Shown here: piece after piece, positions 7,697-16,881 of the stretch | Position numbering within the stretch: position 1 is the first letter of the stretch | Layout: each line of letters opens with the position of its first letter | Origin: Chloroflexota bacterium | GTDB taxonomy: Bacteria > Chloroflexota > Dehalococcoidia > UBA2979 | Length of the DNA stretch: 44,214 nucleotides | Reading direction: 5' to 3' | NCBI GenBank assembly: GCA_027593235.1 | Contig: JAQCIU010000027.1 | Span: forward strand, 1 to 44,214 | Program-made: the position numbers and the translations under genes | The notes under the pieces: model-generated | Told to the model about the DNA's origin: nothing | Seen by the model: the letters and a program-made list of their open reading frames with translations, nothing else | Database searches by the model: none

Positions 7697-9010
7697 ATGG
7701 ATCTGCTGCGCACTCGCTTCCCGGCGTTCGGGGTCGCTGACTATCGGCGCCTCTTCATCGCCGCCTCTTTCACCTCCGGCGCGCGCTGGGCGTTGGTGCT
7801 CGGGCGCGGCTGGCTGGTGTTCGAACTGACGGATTCGGCCTTTGCCGTCGGCATGGTGACGTTCGCGGGGTTTTTCCCGTTCGTCGTCGTTGGTCCGTTC
7901 GCCGGGGTGATCGCGGACCGGGTGGACCGGCGACGGATGCTGTTGGTGACCTCCGCACTGGGGGTGGTCACCTCGTTCGCGCTGGTGGCGGTCACCGTCA
8001 CGGATGTGGTCCAACTGTGGCACGTGCTGGTGCTCGCGTTCATCGCGGGTTCGGCGCAGGCGTCGACGATGCCGCCACAACAGGCGTTGCTGGCGAACAT
8101 CGTCCCGAAGGAGCATCTGCTCAGCGCGGTGTCGCTTAGCGGGCTGGCGCAGCACGGTTCGCGGATCATCGGGCCGCTGTTCGGCGCGGCGCTGCTTTCC
8201 GCCTTCGGTGCGGGAGCGGTGTTCATCCTCTCCGCGGCGCTGCTGACGTGCGGCCTGATCGCGGTCTGGCTGATCAAGGCACGTCAGTCCGAGGCGGAAC
8301 AGGCGCTGGCGAAGGCGCCGGGACGTCCGCCGGTGCTGGTCCAACTCCGCGACGGCTTCGACTACGCCCGGAGTGATCGGCGGGTGGCGACGGTGCTGAT
8401 CCTCGTCGCCTTCCACTGCGGCTTCACGATGGCCTTCGATTCGATGATGCCGACGCTCTCGACGATGATCGGGGGCGACAGCGGGACGTACGGCTCGATC
8501 TTGATCGGCCTCGGCGCCGGTGCGGTGGTGGGGATCCTGGGGCTGGCGATGCTCTCCAGTCCGGCGGCGCAGGGACGCGCGTTCTTCGTCGCCTCGGTTG
8601 GCAGCGGCCTGTCGATGCTGGCGCTGGGCTTCGCGACGATCCCCGCGGCGGCCGTCGCGGGAGCGGTGCTGGCGGGAGCCACGCAGGCGTCGTTCATGGC
8701 GCTCTCCGTGACGTTCATTCAGCAGATCGTGCCGGACGCCTACCGAGGACGCGTGTTGTCGCTGTACTCGCTGCTGGCGGCCGGGCACATGGCGTTCATC
8801 AACCTTGGCTTTGGCTGGCTCTCCGAGATCGTTGGGGTCCGGCCGCTGTTGATCGTTCCCGGCCTGCTCTGGGTGGTGATCTTCCTCGTTGCGAGCGCGG
8901 GCCTCGAGGATGTCCGTCAGCTCCTCCGCGAGGGCAGCTTCGGGACCCCGATTGCACCGCCCGCCACGGCCGCTGCCGCCGGTGGCGGTGGCGGCGCGGG
9001 GGGCGACTAG
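7697..9010 (+). CDS. MFS transporter (MFS_3/DHA3-like)
   Basis: About 12 hydrophobic segments; GVIADRVDRRR motif A; VPDAYRGRV. Confidence 0.92.
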   Translation: MDLLRTRFPAFGVADYRRLFIAASFTSGARWALVLGRGWLVFELTDSAFAVGMVTFAGFFPFVVVGPFAGVIADRVDRRRMLLVTSALGVVTSFALVAVTVTDVVQLWHVLVLAFIAGSAQASTMPPQQALLANIVPKEHLLSAVSLSGLAQHGSRIIGPLFGAALLSAFGAGAVFILSAALLTCGLIAVWLIKARQSEAEQALAKAPGRPPVLVQLRDGFDYARSDRRVATVLILVAFHCGFTMAFDSMMPTLSTMIGGDSGTYGSILIGLGAGAVVGILGLAMLSSPAAQGRAFFVASVGSGLSMLALGFATIPAAAVAGAVLAGATQASFMALSVTFIQQIVPDAYRGRVLSLYSLLAAGHMAFINLGFGWLSEIVGVRPLLIVPGLLWVVIFLVASAGLEDVRQLLREGSFGTPIAPPATAAAAGGGGGAGGD

Positions 9011-9094
9011 CCACCTCAAGAGGCCCGCTTCCGGGTCCTTCCCCGGTGGGGCGATGCGTCTGGCATCATCCTCGGACTACCGAGGAGAGGCGCC

Positions 9095-10243
9095 ATGTCC
9101 AACGACCTGCCCGAGCACATCGCCCCGCTGCGCGCGGCGGTCCGCGACTTCGCCGATCGTGAGCTACGGCCGCGCGTCGAGTCGATGGAGGACGCGGGCG
9201 CGATCGACCGCGACCTGATCGATCAGATCGGCCAGCTCGGCTACTTCGGTGCGCCTTTCGAGGAGCGCTGGGGCGGCTCGGGGATGGGTGAGATCGGCTT
9301 CTCGATCGTCCAGGAAGAGCTGGCGCGGGCGCACGCTTCCACCGCGGTGATGGTGGCGGCCTCGTCCGGCCTCGCGGCGCGGATGGTCGCGGTGGCGGGC
9401 AGCGACGAGCAGAAAGAGCGGTTCCTTGGCCCGATGGCGCGTGGCGAGGGGGTGGGCGCGTTCTGCCTGACGGAGGCGAACGCGGGGAGCGATGTCCCGG
9501 CGATGACGACGACGGCGGTCGCCGACGGGGACGATTTCATCCTGAACGGCCAGAAGGTCTTCATCAGCAACGGGCGGCTCGCGCAGTACTTCGTGACATT
9601 CGCGAAGACGGATCCGGCGCAGGGCGGGCGCGGCATCTCGCTGTTCGTGGTCGACGCGGGCACGCCGGGCCTCGAGGTGGTGCGCCTCGAGGACAAGCTG
9701 GGGATCCGCGCATCGGACACGGCACAAATCGCGTACGACAACGTACGCGTGGGGCGCGACCGGCTAATCGGCGACGAGAACACGGGGCTGCGCCACGCCC
9801 TGACGACGCTCAACCAGTCTCGCGTCGGCATCGCATCGATCTCCCTCGGGATGGCGAAGGAGGCGACGAAGCTCGCCTTTGCGTACGCGCACGAGCGGGA
9901 GTTGTTCGGCGGGACGCTCGCAGACCAGCAGGTCAGCCAGCACGCCCTCGCGGACATGCAGATCGCCGTCTACACGGCGGAGTCGATCGTCTACCGGACG
10001 GCGCTGATGGCGGACGCGGGCGAGAACATCGAGGCCGAAGCGTCGATCTGCAAGACCTACGCCTCCGAGGCAGCCGACCGGGTGATCGACCGTTCGCTCC
10101 AGATGCACGGGGGCGTCGGCTACATCCGAGGTTCGGCGATCGAGCGGCTCTACCGCGACCACCGCGTGCAGCGCATCTACGAGGGCGCAAACGAGGTCCA
10201 GCGCAACAACATCTACCGCGTTATGCGGCGGATGTACGGGTAA
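9095..10243 (+). CDS. Acyl-CoA dehydrogenase
   Basis: FCLTEANAGSD, LNGQKVFISN, KLGIRASDT, QMHGGVGY, RIYEGANEV. Confidence 0.95.
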   Translation: MSNDLPEHIAPLRAAVRDFADRELRPRVESMEDAGAIDRDLIDQIGQLGYFGAPFEERWGGSGMGEIGFSIVQEELARAHASTAVMVAASSGLAARMVAVAGSDEQKERFLGPMARGEGVGAFCLTEANAGSDVPAMTTTAVADGDDFILNGQKVFISNGRLAQYFVTFAKTDPAQGGRGISLFVVDAGTPGLEVVRLEDKLGIRASDTAQIAYDNVRVGRDRLIGDENTGLRHALTTLNQSRVGIASISLGMAKEATKLAFAYAHERELFGGTLADQQVSQHALADMQIAVYTAESIVYRTALMADAGENIEAEASICKTYASEAADRVIDRSLQMHGGVGYIRGSAIERLYRDHRVQRIYEGANEVQRNNIYRVMRRMYG

Positions 10244-10247
10244 CGAG

Positions 10248-10889
10248 GTGACGCAACGTCACTGGGACGAGGCGTACAGCGGGACCGCAATCGAGCGAAC
10301 CGGCTGGTACGAGGAGACGCCCACGATCTCGCTCGCGCTGATCGATGAATGCCGGCTCAGTCCGCAGGACTCGATCGTCGACATCGGGGCGGGGGCCTCC
10401 ACACTCGTCGATCGCTTGCTCGATCGAGGGTTCGAGAACCTCGCGGTGCTGGACATCAGCGGCCAAGCGCTCGACCACCTCCGGCAGCGGCTGAGCGCGG
10501 AAGACGCGGGACGGGTCCGTTTCATCCGCACCGACGTCACGGCACCAGACGTGGGATCCGAACTGGGTCCGGTGATGCTCTGGCACGACCGGGCGACGCT
10601 GCACTTCCTGGCGGAGGGTGCGGATTGCGACCGTTACGCGCGGACGCTCCAGGGGTGCGTTGCTCCTGGCGGCTACGCGGTCCTGGCCACGTACGCGCTG
10701 CACGGGGCGCCGACCTGATCCGGGCTCCCGGTGCGTCGGTACGACGCGTCGATGCTTTCGGAACTCGTCGGCGATGAGTTCACGCTAATGCAGTCGATCG
10801 ACCACACGTACTATCAGCCCTCGGGAGACCCGCGTCCGTACGTCTACGCGCTCTTCAAGCGCACCACCCGACCGGAGCCACCGCAATGA
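10248..10889 (+). CDS. Class I SAM-dependent methyltransferase (TPMT-like) read through an in-frame UGA at 10716-10718; candidate selenoprotein (Sec157), 213 aa
   Basis: VDIGAG motif I, LDIS, WHDRA..HFL; after the UGA the frame continues SGLPVRRY...YVYALFKR to a TGA overlapping the next ATG (ATGA); SECIS-like hairpin follows the UGA. Confidence 0.8.
10719..10762 (+). promoter_or_regulatory. Candidate bacterial SECIS element
   Basis: Stem 10729-10738 / 10742-10751 (CGGUGCGUCG-GUA-CGACGCGUCG, two G-U pairs), G-U in the apical loop at +21/+22; lower pairing UCCGGG/UUCGGA. Confidence 0.6.
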
Positions 10890-11755
10890 CCACCGACAGC
10901 AGCCGCTACCTCGTCGAAACCGACTGGCTCGAGGCCAACCTCGACGCTCCCGAGGTGCGCGTCCTCGACTGCACCACGTTCCTCCGCCGTGGCGACGACG
11001 GACGCCTCCGCGCCGAAAGCGGCCACGAGGCGTGGGCCGAGTCCCACATCCCCGGCAGCGTCTTCGCCGACCTGCCCGGCGAGCTGTCGGACAAGGACGC
11101 GAAGCTGCGCTTCATGATGCCGCCGCCTGAACAGTTCGCCGCCGCGATGTCGAGCTACGGCGTCGGTGAGGGCACGCGCGCGGTGCTCTACGACCGTGCC
11201 GCGGGGATGTGGGCCGCCCGCATCTGGTGGATGCTCCGTGCCTTCGGGTTCGAGGACGCCGCCGTGCTCAACGGCGGCTGGACCAAGTGGACCGCCGAGG
11301 GCCGTCCCACCTCGAACGAGCCGAGCGCGCCTCGGACGGCGGCGTTCACGGCGCGGCCGCGACCGGAGCTGATCGCGACGCGCGAGGAGGTGCTCGCCGC
11401 CACCTCGGATGGCGCGACCTGCATCATCAACGCGCTCTCCGAGGAGCAACACCGCGGCGAGGGCGCCTCGCCCTACGGACGGCCCGGTCGCATCACCTCG
11501 AGCGTGAACGTGCCGGCGAACTCCCTCGTCGACCCGGCGACCAACGCCTACCTCCCGCTCGAAGTGCTCCGCGACCGCTTCGCCGGCGTCGGCGCGACCG
11601 AGGCCGGGAAGGTCATCACCTACTGCGGTGGGGGCATCGCGGCGAGCAACGATGCGTTCGCGCTGACGCTGCTCGGCGTGGAGAACGTCGCGATCTACGA
11701 CGCGTCGCTGTCGGAGTGGGCCGCCGATGACTCGCTGCCGATGGAGATCGGCTAG
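10886..11755 (+). CDS. Two-domain rhodanese / 3-mercaptopyruvate sulfurtransferase (SseA-like)
   Basis: LVETDWL, HIPGS, AARIWW, LNGG, YCGGG active-site loop, YDASLSEW. Confidence 0.93.
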   Translation: MTTDSSRYLVETDWLEANLDAPEVRVLDCTTFLRRGDDGRLRAESGHEAWAESHIPGSVFADLPGELSDKDAKLRFMMPPPEQFAAAMSSYGVGEGTRAVLYDRAAGMWAARIWWMLRAFGFEDAAVLNGGWTKWTAEGRPTSNEPSAPRTAAFTARPRPELIATREEVLAATSDGATCIINALSEEQHRGEGASPYGRPGRITSSVNVPANSLVDPATNAYLPLEVLRDRFAGVGATEAGKVITYCGGGIAASNDAFALTLLGVENVAIYDASLSEWAADDSLPMEIG

Positions 11756-11968
11756 CGCATCCGAAGGCGGCTGACGCAACGAGGGCGATGAGATGTCGCC
11801 CACTGCTTTCGTCGTTTCGGGACGCGCCGGATTCGCTGCGTCGAGCAGGTACCGATAACACGCCTCCTCGCAGCCGCTATTACAGACGTGCAGATTGATC
11901 GAGCGCGGTATAGGCTCACGCCCTCGTCATGTGCGAGGAAGTTGCTGGCGGCTGAACTGGGGGTTGCG

Positions 11969-13700
11969 ATGGATCCATGGATCGTTGGCAGTGAGCCGAG
12001 CGAGCGTTTCCCGCTCTGGACGCGTGCGAACGTCGGCGAGGTCTTTCCTGATCCAGTCTCACCGCTGACCTACAGCCTTGCGATGCCCACCGACGTCGAG
12101 GGCGGCTGGCGCGACGCGCTGGTGCGAATCGGCGGGTTCACGCACAAACGAGTTCGCGCCCGGGCGGATGGAGACGCTGGGCGTCTTTGGCGGCTATTGC
12201 TACCTGAACGCGTCGGTGACGCGGATCCTGGGCGAACGGGCGCCCGGCCTCTCCGCGCAGGCGATGGACGACCTCTTCTTTGGGGCGCAGCCAGGGGTGC
12301 CACCCTACGAGGAAGCGCCGGGCGATCAGAACGAGGAGCGCACCGTCGCGGTCGGCGAGGTCTTCCAGTGGGCCTTCGGTGCGGAGCGCCTGGAGGGACC
12401 GGCCGAAGGCGCGAAGCTGGTTGCGGAGCTGCACGCCAAGCGGCCGAACCTGGACGAGATGTCGAACGAGGATCTGTGGTCCTACGGGAAGACGCTCTAC
12501 AACGACTACTTCCGTCAGCTCTTCTCCGAGCACATCTTCACCACGTTCATGAGCACCGTACCGGTCGGCGCGCTGGCACAGGTTTGCGCGGCGGTGGGAC
12601 GTCCCGCCGACGCGATGGGGATCATCTCCGGCGTCGGCGACGTGGAGTCGGCGGCACCCTCGATGGCGATGTGGCGCCTCGGGCGACTCGTGGCGGCGGA
12701 TCCGGCGTTGACCGCGTACTTCAACGGCGGGGTGCCGGGGCTGTTTGAGCAGCTTTCCGAGAACGGCGCCGGTGCGGGATTCCTCGATCAGTTCGACCAG
12801 TTCATCGAGCAATTCGGGGCACGCGGGCCGAACGAGTGGGAGTCGCGAAACCACACATGGGAGACGCGCCCGGAACTGGCGCTGGCAGCGATCGATCGGA
12901 TGCGCCTGGCACCAGAGACCGCGTCACCGGAGCGCGGGAACCGGCGAATGGCGGAGGAGCGCGAGCGGCTGGTCGCCGAGCTTTCGGCGATGCTGGCCGG
13001 CGATCCGGAGACGCAGGGCACGTTCCTCGCGGCCGCGCGTGCCGCGACGGTGTTCCAGGCCGGGCGCGAGCGCACGAAGACCAACGCGATCAAGCTGGTC
13101 CACGAGGGTCGGGTGGCCTTCCACACCATCGGACGGCGAATGGTCGCCGCCGGTCACTGCGCCGAGGTGGGCGACTACGGACTGCTGCTCACCACCGAGT
13201 TCGACGAATGGCTCAAGAACCCGGCGGCGTTCAAGGAGACGCTCAACCAGCGCCGCGCGCTCTACGACACCTACAACTCGCTCCAGGAGCCGTTCGTCTT
13301 CTGGGGAACGCAGGACGACCCGGCGACGTGGCCGCGCAAGGGCGAATCCCCGGTGGCAGCGGTTGCCGTTGGCGACGTGCTGCAGGGCTTCCCGGGTTGC
13401 CCGGGGGTGGTAACCGCGGTGGCGCGGGTGATCCTCGATCCGATCGACCCGAGTGCGCTGGGGCCGGGCGAGATCCTGATCGCGCCGATCACGGATCCAT
13501 CGTGGACGCCGCTCTTCGTGGCGGCCGGCGCGGTGGTGGTGGACGTCGGCGCAGCGCAGAGCCACGCGATGATCGTCAGCCGCGAGCTGGGAATCGCCTG
13601 CGTGCCCTCGGTGACCGAGGCGACGCGGCGGATCCCGAACGGGGCGACGATCACGGTGAACGCGGATGCCGGGACCGTGACGATCGTCGCGCTCCCGTAG
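11969..13700 (+). pseudogene. PEP-utilising enzyme (substrate-binding plus phosphohistidine swivel domains, no ATP-grasp); frameshift from one apparent extra base near 12146-12148 (mutation or sequencing error)
   Basis: N-terminal WTRANVGEVFPDPVSPL in one frame; remainder (TDPSWTP, SHAMIVSRELG) in another; removing one A from CACAAACGAG joins them. Confidence 0.8.
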
Positions 13701-13707
13701 CCGCCCC

Positions 13708-15825
13708 GTGACGAGCACCACGGTCCCGGAGGCCGTCTCCTTCGACGAGCCGCTACCGGCGGGCGTCGATCCTCGGATGTTGCTCGGCGGCAAGGGCGCC
13801 GGGCTCGCCGAGATGCGCGCGCTCGGGCTCCCGGTACCGCCCGGCTTCGTAATCACCACCGAGGTCTGCCGGCGCTATCTCGCCGACGGCTGGCCCGCGT
13901 CGCTGGACGCCGCGATCTCCCACCAGCTCACGCTGCTCGAGGAGCGCGCCGGCCGCCGCTTCGGCGATTCAACGGCACCGCTGCTGGTCTCGGTGCGATC
14001 CGGCGCGCCCGTTTCGATGCCGGGGATGATGGACACGGTGCTCAACGTCGGCATGACCGCGGCGATCCGCGATCGCCTGGCCGCCGAGAGCGGCGATCGG
14101 CGTTTCGCTGACGACACGTGGGAGCGCTTCCGGAGCGCCTACCTCGAATGCGTCGTGGCTGACGAGGATGGCGGAGCGCCCGAGCCACCGGCCGATCCGC
14201 GTGCGCAGCTCCGCGGCGCGATCGAGGCGGTCTTCCGTTCATGGCATTCCGATCGCGCGCGGGTGTTCCGCAAGCGCGAGGGGATCAGCGATGACCTCGG
14301 GACCGCAGTGACGGTGCAGGCGATGGTGTTCGGGAACCTCGACGATCGATCAGGGACCGGGGTGGTTTTCACGCGCGACCCGGCGACGGGCGATCCGCGA
14401 CCGTACGGCGACTACCTCGCGCGGGCGCAGGGTGAGGACGTGGTCGCCGGGACGCACCTCACCAGTGGCCTGGACGCACTGCAGGCCGGTTTGCCGGCTG
14501 TGTACGACGCCTTGCTCAGCGCGCTCGCCCGGTTGGAGCGGCACTATCGGGACATCTGTGACGTTGAGTTCACCGTGAGCGCCGGTGAGCTGTACATCCT
14601 GCAAACGCGAATCGGGCGACGCAGCCCACTCGCGGCGGTGCGGACGGCAGTCGCGATGGCCGAAAACCCGGCGTTCCCGCTGAGCCCGTCGGAAGCGGTC
14701 GCGCGCGTGGATCACGCAACGATGCGAGCCGTTGCCGAGGCCGCGGCGGTCGACCCCAACGCGCGCGCGCTCACGTCCGGGCTCGCCGTGTCGCCCGGGG
14801 TCGGTGTCGGCGTGCTGTGCTGCGATCCGGACCGGGCAGCCGATCTGGCGAACCGCGGAATCGCGGTGGTGTTGGCGCGCGCCGCGACCTCACCGGCGGA
14901 CGTGCACGGGATGGTCGGCGCCTCGGCGATCGTGACCACGCTCGGCGGGGTGGCCAGCCATGCGGCGGTCGTCGCGCGGAGCTGGGCGATCCCCGCCGTC
15001 ACCAGCGTTGCGAACACCTCGGTCCTGGCGGCCGGCATCCAGGTGGGCGACGTGTTCGTCGCCGAGGGCGAGGTCGTGACGGTCGACGGCGCCAGTGGCG
15101 CGCTCTACCTCGGCGACCAGCGCCGTGCCGGAACGGCCACGGTGCCGGAGTTGGACACGCTCCGCCGCTGGGCGCATGAACTCGGGGTCGAGCCGGGCAC
15201 GCGCGCCAACGAGGCGAGCGCGGAAGGCCGCGACGCGGGCGTGACGCTCCTCGAACTCGCGCGCACGGTGCAGCTCAAGGGGCTGTGCAGCCCGGAACGG
15301 GCGGCGCAGGCACTGTTTACCGCGGAGCAGCGCATCGCCGCGTTGCTAGAGGAGCACCGCCCGCTGTTCCAGGAAACACCACGCGGGATGCTGCTGAGCG
15401 CCGACGGTCGCGGCTGGCTTCAGGAGGAGCTGGGCCGCGAACGCGCGGCACTCGATCGGGCGGCGCTGAACGGGAGCTACGAGCGCTTCATGGAGCTGAA
15501 TCACGAGTTCAAGCGCGTGGTCAGCGAGTGGCAGATCGCCTCAGCCAGCGGACACAGCGACGAACAATGGGCGCAGCTCGTTGCCGAGGTCGCGGCGATC
15601 GACCTCGGTCTCACGCCGCTCGCCGCCGAGGTGTCGGCGCAGATCACGCGCCTGCGCGGCTACGCCCCGCGCTTCAAGGCGGCGCTGGAAGCGCTCCGCG
15701 CCGGCGACGCCTCGATGCTCGCGTCGCCGCTGAAGGACAGCTACCACACGGTCTGGTTCGAGTTTCACGAGGAGCTGATCGGCGCCAGCGGCCGCGACCG
15801 CGCGACCGAGGAAGCGGCGACCTAG
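13708..15825 (+). CDS. PPDK-like ATP-grasp plus phosphohistidine domains fused to a C-terminal SYHTVWFEFHEELI domain; lacks the pyruvate-binding barrel
   Basis: LGGKGAGL, PVPPGFVITT, LLVSVRSGA..SMPGMMDT, VQAMVFGN, AQGEDVV, GGVASHAAVVAR. Confidence 0.88.
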   Translation: MTSTTVPEAVSFDEPLPAGVDPRMLLGGKGAGLAEMRALGLPVPPGFVITTEVCRRYLADGWPASLDAAISHQLTLLEERAGRRFGDSTAPLLVSVRSGAPVSMPGMMDTVLNVGMTAAIRDRLAAESGDRRFADDTWERFRSAYLECVVADEDGGAPEPPADPRAQLRGAIEAVFRSWHSDRARVFRKREGISDDLGTAVTVQAMVFGNLDDRSGTGVVFTRDPATGDPRPYGDYLARAQGEDVVAGTHLTSGLDALQAGLPAVYDALLSALARLERHYRDICDVEFTVSAGELYILQTRIGRRSPLAAVRTAVAMAENPAFPLSPSEAVARVDHATMRAVAEAAAVDPNARALTSGLAVSPGVGVGVLCCDPDRAADLANRGIAVVLARAATSPADVHGMVGASAIVTTLGGVASHAAVVARSWAIPAVTSVANTSVLAAGIQVGDVFVAEGEVVTVDGASGALYLGDQRRAGTATVPELDTLRRWAHELGVEPGTRANEASAEGRDAGVTLLELARTVQLKGLCSPERAAQALFTAEQRIAALLEEHRPLFQETPRGMLLSADGRGWLQEELGRERAALDRAALNGSYERFMELNHEFKRVVSEWQIASASGHSDEQWAQLVAEVAAIDLGLTPLAAEVSAQITRLRGYAPRFKAALEALRAGDASMLASPLKDSYHTVWFEFHEELIGASGRDRATEEAAT

Positions 15826-15871
15826 GGCGGGCCGACTTCGCTTGCCTCGCTGCCGGGCGAATCGGTCGAGG

Positions 15872-16225
15872 TCAGGCGGCGCCGAGCCAGTCTACGACCG
15901 CGCGACGATCGCTGAGTTCGGCGGTGCGACCATCCTCGGTCAGTCCGACCATGCGGACCGTTCGGCATCGCCAGCCGAGCATCTCCCCTGCGGCGTCGTC
16001 GCGGCAGACCGCTACGCCCTCGGCGAAATCTTCGGCCCGGAGGCCGAGGCCGAGCGCATCGGTATCGCGGAGGACCACCTCGTCGAGTTCGTCATCACTC
16101 AGGCCGGGTCCGCTGAGCCGGGCCAGCAGGTTCGAGCGACGGAACTGCAGGTAGAGGTGCGATTCATCGTGACGGCGACCGCCCTCCGGATGTAGCTCGA
16201 TCCAGAGCTGGCATGCGTTCTCCAC
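15872..16225 (-). CDS. Hypothetical protein (117 aa)
   Basis: GGGAGG RBS before GTG 16225; protein-like acidic composition; fills the gap between converging genes. Confidence 0.55.
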   Translation of the reverse strand: MENACQLWIELHPEGGRRHDESHLYLQFRRSNLLARLSGPGLSDDELDEVVLRDTDALGLGLRAEDFAEGVAVCRDDAAGEMLGWRCRTVRMVGLTEDGRTAELSDRRAVVDWLGAA

Positions 16226-16410
16226 CGGCAACCTCCCGTCGTACCCAGATACCGTATTGCATCCGTAATCGCTCGAACAAGTTCGTACTAGTGAGTACAA
16301 ATAAGTATGAACGCGATCCGCGGCCCGCTAGGCCACCACAAGTGGATACGCGTCCGCGGGCTTCCAGGAATACGGCAACAGTAACGACGGCTCAGCGAGA
16401 CGGCCGGGCG

Positions 16411-16872
16411 CTAGGAGAAATCGAGGTCCATCCAGCGGTGCTCGATGCCGGCATCGAGGAAGACGTCACCGCGGGCGACGTAGCCCAGCCGTTCGTAGAA
16501 GGGCATCGCGTGGAGCTGTGCGGAGAGCGTGATGCCCCGGCGTCCGAGGCGACGCGCTTCGTCTTGCAGCGCCAGCATCACCACGCGCCCGGCCCCGGTT
16601 CGGCGATGCTCCTCGAGCACGGCGACACGACCGATGTGCGCACGTTCCGCGGGCGGATCGTCGAGTAGGAGACGGCCGGTGCCGATCGGCTCCGCGCCGA
16701 GACAGACGAGCATGTGGATGCAGTCGTCGACGGTCGTCGGATCCTCATCGAAGCGATCCAGCTCCTCGTCCTCGGGGACGTGCTGCTCATCGATAAAGAC
16801 GCGCCGGCGGATCTCGAGGGCGTCAGCCAGCTCCTCGAGGGTCGCGATGCGGGTGACGATCAGATCGGCCAT
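16411..16872 (-). CDS. GNAT acetyltransferase (ElaA/YjcF-like)
   Basis: IRRRVFIDEQ, IGRVAV...RRTGAG, LSAQ..A..FYERLGY...F.DAGIEH. Confidence 0.92.
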   Translation of the reverse strand: MADLIVTRIATLEELADALEIRRRVFIDEQHVPEDEELDRFDEDPTTVDDCIHMLVCLGAEPIGTGRLLLDDPPAERAHIGRVAVLEEHRRTGAGRVVMLALQDEARRLGRRGITLSAQLHAMPFYERLGYVARGDVFLDAGIEHRWMDLDFS

Positions 16873-16881
16873 GCGTGCAGC

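Noticed and set aside
16274-16285. Canonical LexA box in CGAACAAGTTCG
   Set aside because: Spacer is 2 nt rather than the 4 nt of GAAC-N4-GTTC
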